The notes under the pieces were generated by a model. The model was given only the letters and a program-made list of their open reading frames with translations, searched no databases and was not told the origin of the DNA. Position numbers and translations under genes: made by a program. DNA of 64,000 bases from Candidatus Latescibacterota bacterium (lineage in GTDB: Bacteria; Latescibacterota; UBA2968; UBA8231), in assembly GCA_965221775.1 (NCBI GenBank), contig CBDCSU010000005.1:1088001-1152000 (forward strand). The letters are read 5' to 3'. Position 1 is the first letter of the stretch; each line of letters begins with the position of its first letter. Positions 56,416-64,000 of this stretch are shown here, piece by piece.

Positions 56416-56737
56416 ACAGCACTTCTCCTTCCTCCAAGGCCTTGTGGATCAAGGAGTACGGATCCTGCCGCTGTTGGGCCAAGGCTTCGGGAGACCGGAT
56501 GATCACATCGACGGGCAGCACGAATCGCTCGGCGATCGCTCGGCGAATAGGGTTCCCCCTCCCCTCTTCCGCCTCTCCTCGCATCACGACCAAGAGGTCC
56601 ACATCGCTGTGCACCCCGGCCTGCCCGCGGGCGTGGCTGCCGAAGAGGATGACCTGCTCCGGATCGAAGCGTTCGACGATCAGCCGGGCCACCGCCTGAA
56701 TGGTGAGCTTGTCGATACGGGTGCTTACAGCTTCCAA
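56396..56737 (-). CDS. MNT-type nucleotidyltransferase antitoxin, HEPN partner missing
   Basis: 'FDPEQVILFGSHARG....SDVDLLVV', 'VDVII', 'EGEVLYE'. Confidence 0.88.
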   Translation of the reverse strand: MEAVSTRIDKLTIQAVARLIVERFDPEQVILFGSHARGQAGVHSDVDLLVVMRGEAEEGRGNPIRRAIAERFVLPVDVIIRSPEALAQQRQDPYSLIHKALEEGEVLYERSPA

Positions 56738-56932
56738 CAGGAGCCCTCATCATGATCGCACGAGCACATCAAGTTGAAGAACCCATACTCTCTTCACCGG
56801 GGGCGTCCCAACTAAACCACCCAGGCAAGCCATTCACTACTGGTTGCCCTCGAGAGGACAAGCGCCCCCGAGGCGGGGTTGATCCAGCCCTTTCCGGCGG
56901 TCGGAGTTTTCCACCCACCAGTCCCACGATCG

Positions 56933-58132
56933 TCAGGGTCTTTCCCATCTGGCATTCCGAAAGAGACCGAGTTCGTCTTGGATTTTCGAAACTTGCTGTT
57001 CGTTTTCCTTGGTCCATTCCCCAATGCGCAAATATGCAATGTCCGATGAGTAACCAATGTCTGAGGTGCCTGGCCTATCTGTTGCAATCCCTACAACAGT
57101 GGTCACCTCGGGCAGTCTGCCACGAACAACAAAGCACCTCAGTCCCAGTTCTTGGGACCTTCTTTCTCTGTCCGAGGTCTGTCCGAACAAGAACACAAAT
57201 GCGGTATGGTTGTGTCCTAGGACAACTCGTGAAGCAATTCTGGGATTCTGTTCCTGAGCAAATCCGATAAAGATCTCTGCAAGATTCGCACGGTGACCTC
57301 TTGGTTGCAGGGCCATCGTGGCTAGAGCCAACTCATCTTTCGTTACCTGATTGCTATGCAGGTCGAACATCCCGTCCGACAGGAGGTCATCTGCGAAGTG
57401 TTCGATCAGACGATCCCAAGCATAGGAAATGCGTAGCTCACTTTGGATATCCCTGTACTCTTCAGACGTGGAGAAGGTCTTCCAAAGATCGTCATCAAGA
57501 ATCAGCATGTCTGGTCGTTCATTGGACTCGGAGCGGATGTCAAATGATGGACCAAATGACAAGTAAAGAGCGACGAGGTCCTCAATACCACCACCAGCGA
57601 AGAGTGGTAGAACCCCCTCTGCTATCAACTCCTCGCTCGCAGAAAGAAATTGAACAAAGTCAGTTATGGTATCAAGAGCCTTGAATAGTATCTCTACGCT
57701 ATACTCATCGCACACATGCACGAAGCCATGACCCAAGTCACCCCATCGGAGTGGGACTTGACCTCGACCACCGAGTGAAACAGATATCCTATGGTACTGT
57801 CTCTTGGATCTCGGTGGTAGTGTAATGACTCTTCCATCACGACGAACGACCTCGTCGGCCGTATTGAGCCAACGTTCGGCTCCGAGAATTTGATCAGCCG
57901 ACTTCTGAATGGCGGCTTTTTCCCAGCGCTCCCATCCCGTTGTGTCTCCGGTGTCTTTGTAGGCGATTTCCTTAACCGATATGATAATGACATGAGGCCC
58001 ACACACAATCAAGCAATCACAAAGCTCCTTCCCCTTTTTTCCCAAGGGGTTCGGATGTGTCCAGAGCTTCAAGAACGAGCGTTCGCATAGGCTTTTGACC
58101 AATAGTTCTGACGCCGGTGACTCATGTGCCAT
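56933..58132 (-). CDS. AT-richer hypothetical protein with an N-terminal PD-(D/E)XK/NERD-like motif
   Basis: 'SE.....LC..SFL.LW..NP...KELCD.LIV....IIISVK', 'S..Q..GAERWL'. Confidence 0.65.
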   Translation of the reverse strand: MAHESPASELLVKSLCERSFLKLWTHPNPLGKKGKELCDCLIVCGPHVIIISVKEIAYKDTGDTTGWERWEKAAIQKSADQILGAERWLNTADEVVRRDGRVITLPPRSKRQYHRISVSLGGRGQVPLRWGDLGHGFVHVCDEYSVEILFKALDTITDFVQFLSASEELIAEGVLPLFAGGGIEDLVALYLSFGPSFDIRSESNERPDMLILDDDLWKTFSTSEEYRDIQSELRISYAWDRLIEHFADDLLSDGMFDLHSNQVTKDELALATMALQPRGHRANLAEIFIGFAQEQNPRIASRVVLGHNHTAFVFLFGQTSDRERRSQELGLRCFVVRGRLPEVTTVVGIATDRPGTSDIGYSSDIAYLRIGEWTKENEQQVSKIQDELGLFRNARWERP

Positions 58133-58296
58133 ATCTTTCCCCCAATCAAGGTTGCAGAGAACCTGCGCATACTTGGGAAACCATGTCAAGAAAGAGGCAC
58201 AACAGGACCGATTCGACCCGGTGGGCAGTAGGAAGTAAGAATCCCACCGCTGCTGGGTCATCGTACATGTGCAAGGCGCGGCTCCTCACCGTCCAT

Positions 58297-61200
58297 CTAC
58301 ACCGCCACTCTCGTCTCCACGTCCCCCGCAGCCAGCGCGTTCATGTAGGCCAGGATCATCTCCCGGGTGCGGTAGCGGCCGAAGGCGGCCTCGTCCTCGC
58401 GGCGGACGATGGGGAAGTTGTCGAGGACGTACGCCGCATCCTCCCGGGTGAGGCCGTAGAGGTGGAAGTAGAGGGCGTCGAGGCGGGCGCGGAGGTGGCG
58501 GCGTTCCTCCTCGTCCCATGGGAAGGGCGGGCCGTCGTGGCCGAGGTCGCGGGCGAAGGGGGCCATGTCGCGGGCGTGGTAGGTGAGGCGGAGGACGTGG
58601 TCCTTGACGAGGTCGCGGGCGGTGGTGGCGCCGAAGGGGCGGTCGTAGCCGGCGGGTGAGATGACGGGGAACTGTTCGACGGTGTACCAGGTCAGATGAG
58701 TCGCCTGGACTTTCTGACGAGCCACGTAGTCGAGCGCGAAACTGTTGAGATTGGCGAGGAAGCAGGCTGCGCTCTCCGCGTCCATGCCGTCGTCGGAAGG
58801 ACGAAGGACCGGCAATGTATGCCCGCATCCAACTTGGGGAATGGCGGCCGCGATCATGGTGCGGACATTCGTTGACGCCGTAATGTCCTTGAACGCCAGG
58901 AGCCATCGTACTCCTTGGAGGTCGCTTTCCTGCTGGTTGACCCAGTAGCGGGGGCGAGGTGAGAAGGCAGGGTCTCGGTGCTCTTCTTCAAGAGTCCTGT
59001 CCGGCTGTCCGGGTCGAAACAGGTTTCCTTCCCGCGTGGTAATGCTTGCGGCGCGGTGGTCGAAAGCCTGCACCATCTTCCCTTCGTACAACGGCAGATA
59101 CAACTCCTCCCCTCGCCTCCAACAATTGCCTTCCACCGGATAGAAGCCCTTGGCCTCGAGTTGTCCCGCGGTGTGGAAGAGGTGAGAGTCGGAGGTCATG
59201 TTGAAGTGTCCCTGCATGAACCGCACCGGCCATGCGCGGCGCTCCTTGTCTCCTGAACGGTCCACCAGCACCGGCTGACGCTCGTAGATCCGCCGGGTGA
59301 TCTCCGCGTCCCGTCGAGTGCGAAACACCGGCGCGGTTCCGGAATTGGGGTTGACCCGGAGGAAGTCCGCTGGTGTCAAGGGGAAGCAGCGGTTCTCGTC
59401 AGCCAGTGTATCAATGTCGTGGAGAAAGAAGGCGCACTCGGTGCGGTCGAAGCTCCGTTCCTCGCCGCCGAAGACGAGGACACAGAACTTGAAAGAGGCA
59501 TGAACATCCTTGAAGAAGATCCTCCTGTTTTCGAAGTCGAACAGGCCACTGACCCGTGCGCTGATCGAGAGGGACCTGAAGAATCGGGACGCGGTCTTGT
59601 CGGCGTAGATGCCCGACGGAGTCAGCAGCCCGACGAGCCCGTCTTGCTTGATCAGTCCCATTGCCCGCTCTACGAACAGAGAGTATAGGTTGATGCGACC
59701 TTCGCTCAGGAGGGGATACTCCGCAGAGGCACGTACGAACTGGCGCATAGCTGAAGCCCGATCCCTCACCATCTCGTACTCCAGAGCCAGCTTACCCCCT
59801 GATTCCTTCTTCTTCTTGATCAGTGCCTTTCTATCGGCTCCGATCACCGTCCCGGCTATCTGTTCGTCCCGGCTTGCGAACCATTCTACCTCCGGCTGCT
59901 CTATCTGGTCCCAAGGCGGGTTCCCGATGACGGCGTCGAACCCTCCCTGCGGTCGGCTCTCCTGCCACCGGCGCCACACGCCAGGGAAGGCGACCTCCCA
60001 GTGCAGGAAGCCCTCCCGGTCGGCCAGGGCCCGGGCCTCCTTCCATCGCTCGACGAACCGCGCCCATTCCTTGTACTTGGGTGGGTCGCCTTCAAGAGAC
60101 CCCGGTCCTTGGGCCAACAGCTTGAACGCCTCCGCGGGCTGCCGGACGAGCGTTACGGCCAGTGGCCCTTCGAAGGCCGCGCGCTCCTTCTGCTTCATGC
60201 CCGCGGTCAGCCACCGCCAGCCGCAGAGGATGTCGAGCAGGCCGCGCAGGTCCGCGGTCGTCTTCTCCACGCCGCTGAACAATTCCGCCGATGCCTGCAC
60301 TTCGGCCACGTCGGCGTCGGACATCTCCTCGATCCGCTGCATGCCCTCGGTGGCGTTCTCGGCTGCTTGGATGGCGCTCTGGGCGAACATCTCGGCCAGG
60401 CGGTGCAGGTCCTTCACCGCCTCCGACACCCGCAGGCCGACCAGCGAGTCGCCGCAGCGCAGGTGGTGGTCGAGGAAGGAGAGGGGCGCGCCCACGGTGA
60501 AGCTGTGCAGCCACAGGGAGACCTTGGCCAGCTCCACGGTGAGCGGGTTCTTGTCCACTCCGTAGATGCAGCGCTTGAGCACCATGCGGCGGATGATGGC
60601 CTGGTCGGTGAGCTGGGCCTCGTCGAGGACCCAGTCCGATTCCGCCGCCCGCCGGAGGATCTCCTCGCGGATCGCGGCCACCCTTCCCACCAGCGGCGAC
60701 GCATACTCGCCGTCGAGCCACTCCGGGACGGCGGGGAGGTAAGCGATCAGCTCGGCGATGTAGTCGGAGAGGAAGTCGACGGCGGTCACCAGGAAGTGGC
60801 CGCTGCCCATGGCCGGGTCCAGGACCTTGAGGTCCAGCACCGCTTCGGCCGGGTCGAGCTTGCGCAACTCGGCCTCGCGCTGGGCCTTTGGCCGGCGATC
60901 GCTCTTGAGCTTCTCGGCCTTCTCCTCGAAAGCCTTCAGACGCTCTTCGGCCAGCGGCTTGAGGGTGCGCTCGACGATGAGATCGACCAGTTCCTGGGGC
61001 GTGTAGAAGCTGCCGCTGTCCTTGCGCGCGTAGGGGTTGGGGCGGATCTCGATGCCGTCGCCGCCGCGGACCGGCTCGCGCTCCAGCAGGCGCTCGTAGA
61101 GCGAGCCGAGTTGCTGCACCGACATGTCGCGGTAGTTGACGAAGCGGCGCTCGCCATACGCGTCCCTGGCGTGGCTGAGGTCGTGGATCACGGGCGCGAC

Positions 61201-62338
61201 GGCGGCGTCGGGGAGGCGGACGGTCTCAAGCAGGGGCGCGGCCTCCCGGGCGAAGAGGCCCCCGTTATAGGGAGGCAGGCCGATGGACGGGTCGCCCTGG
61301 TCGATGATGCGGAAGAGGTTGAGGAGACGGTCGTAGTAGTTGCTGGCCACGGCCGAGAAGGTGTCGCTCTCCGCCATCCTGCGGGCCACGTCGTCGCGCA
61401 CCCGCTTGCGCAGGCCGTAGTCGTCGTAGCGCGAGTCGTTGACCGGCAGCAGCCCCCGGTCCTCGGCGTAGAGCACGAAGAGCAGGCGGTAGAGGAAGAT
61501 GAGCGCCGCCTTGTGGACCTCCGGCAGGTCGGCCTCTCCCCCTCTCTTCTCGGCGGCCTCGGCGAGGGCCTGGACGAGCGCCGGGAAGACGCTCTCGAAG
61601 ACCACACCCGAGAGATCCTGGGCGACCTCTGCTCCTCGTAGCGGCGGCCCTCGGCCAGGGCCGCCTCGAGGAAGGACTCGGCGGCGCCCTCCTGGGGCGT
61701 GAAGGACTCCCGCCGGAAGAGCAGCTGGAAGACGCGCAGCTCCTCCTCGCGGCCGGCTTCGAGCAGGTCCTCCAGGTCGGCCTCGAAGTAGCCGCTGGCT
61801 CGGGGCCGGGCGCGGTAGTCGTAGAGGCGCCAGACGCGGCCGTTGGTGAGCAGGCCCCAGCGCACGCGGCTCTCCGACTCGATCTCGGCGGTGGCCAAGT
61901 AGCGGAGGATCTGGCTGTGGGGGGACCGGGCGTGGAATCCGGCCTCCCTGTCGCGCTCGTCCAATGGCAGGCCGAAGCGCTTGCTCTCCTCCACGACGGC
62001 GGCGTGCCGTGCGCGGGCGGCGGCGTTGGGCTCGGCGAGGCGCGCTCCTTGGAGCCGGCGTCGGCGAAGAGCAGGTGGTCGGGGATGTCCTCGTTGCGCG
62101 CCGTGCCCTGCTGCGGGAGGTAGTCCGCCCACCCGAGCAACTCCAGGACCGGCCGGATGAGATCCTGCTCCGTGACCGCCTCGTTGGGGTCGGCGGAACG
62201 GGCGAGGGCCTCGTAGCGGCGGAGCACGGATTCCCGGAAGGCGGCGAAGTCTCCGGGTCGGCGGGCGGATGCCTGCCACTCGGGGGTGGCCCTGATGCCG
62301 TCGGTGAGGAAGTAGTGGGTGAACAGTTGGCCGCTCAT
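58297..62338 (-). CDS. Type IIG (Eco57I-like) restriction-modification fusion with two frameshifts
   Basis: REase 'IPD...EESK', 'LTNG..WRLY'; MTase 'GSFYTP', 'VLDPAMGSGHFL', 'IYGVD', 'IGNPPW'; single-base shifts near 62040 and 61628. Confidence 0.88.
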
Positions 62339-62346
62339 GGTCCAGA

Positions 62347-62387
62347 GAATTACCCCCATTGAGTGAAATTACTCAATAGGGGTATTC
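62347..62387. promoter_or_regulatory. Long AT-rich inverted repeat just upstream of the R-M gene
   Basis: TACCCC-C-ATTGAGT-GAAATT-ACTCAAT-A-GGGGTA. Confidence 0.65.
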
Positions 62388-62465
62388 CACTTCCCGACGG
62401 ACGCAGGGGTCGTCCCGGTGCAGGTCCGTGAGACGCTCAGGGCCGTCGGATGCGGAGGGAATCCC

Positions 62466-62925
62466 TCACTGGCAGCCGTCCTGGAGCTGCCCCAGCACGC
62501 CCTTGAACTCCTGCATCTGCTGCTCCAGGAGCGGCCACACCTCATCCGCCTCTGCAAGCAACTCGGTGCTGCGCTCCCAGCTCAGTTGTCCGCCGCCGAT
62601 GTCCCGGAACAGGTGCCGGAAACGCAGGAACGGCCGCAGCCGTTCCGCGAGGTCGGAGGTCAGGACCCGGGGGCGGACGCCCTCGACTGTGCCAGTCGCC
62701 GCCCCGAGGCAGCTCCCCGTCCAGCTCCACCGCGATGCGCTCGAAGACGCGCTCGACCCCCGAGTAGAAGTCTTGCAGTACGCTCGCCACCCCGCGCACT
62801 TCCAGGCGGCTCGGCACTCCGTCCACGTCCCTCAGGTCGCTTCGCGATTCCTGGAGCAGGCGCTCGACCTGCGCCAGTTCCCGGTCGATGTCAGCCTTGA
62901 GAAGCAGGAACTTCCGGGCGCCCAT
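62466..62925 (-). pseudogene. HepT/DUF86-like HEPN toxin, disrupted
   Basis: 'LQDFYSGVERVFERIA...P.G.DWH', then frameshifts; 'RFRHLFR' in another frame. Confidence 0.75.
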
Positions 62926-63103
62926 GGAGCAGAACTCCTTCCCGTTTGGCGCGGCGGACCAGCTCCGGCGCCGCCAGCAGCGCCGCACAGTCCTTCGCCT
63001 TGGCGCGGGCATCCGCAAGCGCCCTGTCCAGCTCCGCGGTTTCGCGGTCCAGCCGCTCCCGCCAGGCGGCGGTGTAGCAGTCGCTCTGTGTGTTCCGGCC
63101 CAT
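62891..63103 (-). pseudogene. MNT antitoxin with the catalytic core deleted
   Basis: N-terminal helix 'AWRER...A...AALL' joined directly to the C-terminal 'EL.RR..REG.LL'. Confidence 0.6.
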
Positions 63104-63109
63104 GGGGTC

Positions 63110-63472
63110 TCAGGCTTCGACCGCCCTCCGCGGCTCCACCTCCCGCTCGATCTGGCGCAGGGTCGTGCGCTCCGCGACCTCGAGATCGTAGCGGGTCTGG
63201 AGATTGATCCAGAACTGGGGCGTCGTGCCGAAGTAGCGGCCCAGGCGCAGAGCGGTGTCCGTCGTGACTCCTCGCCGTCCGAGCACGACATCGTTCAGCC
63301 TCGGTCGCGAAACCTTGAGCGCCTGGGCGAGCCGGTACACGCTGATCTCCATCGGTTCCAGGAACTCCTCGCGCAGAATCTCTCCAGGGTGCACCGGCGG
63401 CAGCCGCCGGCCGGAGACCACGTCGGAGAAATCGACCTTCCCCCGGTCCAGGTCTTCACGCTTAATGGGCAT
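63110..63472 (-). CDS. higA: HigA antitoxin
   Basis: 'PVHPGEILREEFLEPM.IS.YRLA.AL.V.R.RLN..V.GRRGVT.DTALRL.RYFGT..QFW.NLQ'. Confidence 0.93.
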   Translation of the reverse strand: MPIKREDLDRGKVDFSDVVSGRRLPPVHPGEILREEFLEPMEISVYRLAQALKVSRPRLNDVVLGRRGVTTDTALRLGRYFGTTPQFWINLQTRYDLEVAERTTLRQIEREVEPRRAVEA

Positions 63473-63487
63473 AGTCTCCTGACCTCC

Positions 63488-63769
63488 TCAATGGTAGTCG
63501 ACGATCTCCACGTCCCACGCCTCCCCGGCACGCCAAGCAAAGCAGATCCGCCATCGGTCGTTGACGCGAATGCTGTATTGACCACGACGGTCCCCTCGCA
63601 GGGCCTCCAGACGATTGCCGGACGGCACCCGCAGATCGTCAAGCCGACCGGCGGCGTCAACCATCAACAGCTTCGCCCTCGCTCTTCTCTGTAGATGCAG
63701 GGGCATGCCGCGAACAGCATCGCCCGCAAAGACCGCCGCCGCGAGCTTGTCCGCGAAACTCCTGATCAT
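63488..63769 (-). CDS. higB: HigB (RelE-like) toxin
   Basis: 'MIRSFAD', 'DLRVPSGNRLEALRGDRRGQYSIRVNDRWRICF.W...A.DVEIVDYH'; TTGACG promoter and CGTTACGTAACG palindrome upstream. Confidence 0.95.
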   Translation of the reverse strand: MIRSFADKLAAAVFAGDAVRGMPLHLQRRARAKLLMVDAAGRLDDLRVPSGNRLEALRGDRRGQYSIRVNDRWRICFAWRAGEAWDVEIVDYH

Positions 63770-63863
63770 CACGTTACGTAACGGAAGTCGATACGCTTCG
63801 TCAAGGGACCGCTCGAAACGGAGGGCCGGGGGCGGATAGCCTTTCGGCTGCCGCAAGATACCT

Positions 63864-64000
63864 TCAGCGCAGCAGCGTCAGCTTGCGCGTCTGCACGCCC
63901 TCGGCCGTCACCAGCCGGTACACGTAGACGCCGCTGCCCAACGGCCGGCCCTGGTCGTCGCGCCCGTCCCAGCGCAGACGGTGCAACCCGGGTTTCGCCG
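63864..64000 (-). CDS. 3' end of a protein with a FlgD-Ig C-terminal domain (partial)
   Basis: 'PGLHRLRWDGRDDQGRPLGSGVYVYRL....VQTRKLTLLR*'. Confidence 0.85.
   Translation of the reverse strand, partial: AKPGLHRLRWDGRDDQGRPLGSGVYVYRLVTAEGVQTRKLTLLR

Noticed and set aside
61620-62045. Programmed frameshifting or phase variation in the R-M gene
   Set aside because: Both shifts look like one base missing from a 3-nt C or G run, typical of long-read errors or simple mutation. There is no slippery tract, and raw reads are needed to decide.
1-64000. Prophage, IS element, tRNA, rRNA or riboswitch
   Set aside because: No structural phage, transposase or integrase motifs, and no RNA-gene or riboswitch consensus recognised by eye; a covariance-model scan was not possible.

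Overview
High-GC bacterial chromosomal window. FlgD-Ig-type C-terminal tails, a 'TAV...SWGELK' tail, and many PhyH, amidohydrolase, sialidase and ankyrin/LRR/TPR genes suggest an FCB-associated candidate phylum such as Latescibacterota, possibly host-associated (inference only). The backbone is catabolic and transport genes plus rpmG and sthA. Interspersed are small, often AT-richer cargo blocks: a prokaryotic viperin with two uncharacterised upstream genes; a ThsB-like TIR plus TM-effector pair next to a PLD nuclease and a dead type I HsdR fragment; an AbiE-like type IV TA; a frameshifted type IIG R-M gene with a nuclease-like partner; two AAA-wHTH-DUF4143 ATPases; and about ten TA loci, most of which have lost the toxin. 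The strongest unexplained pattern is that at least four cargo blocks are bracketed by diverged, often internally deleted copies of the end of the neighbouring host gene, with no integrase or transposase in the window. Two tandem arrays (81 bp and about 70 bp) and a recurring 31-bp TGCAAAT-N17-ATTTGCA palindrome are also present. I saw no rRNA, tRNA or CRISPR. Family calls come from motif recognition, not database searches.
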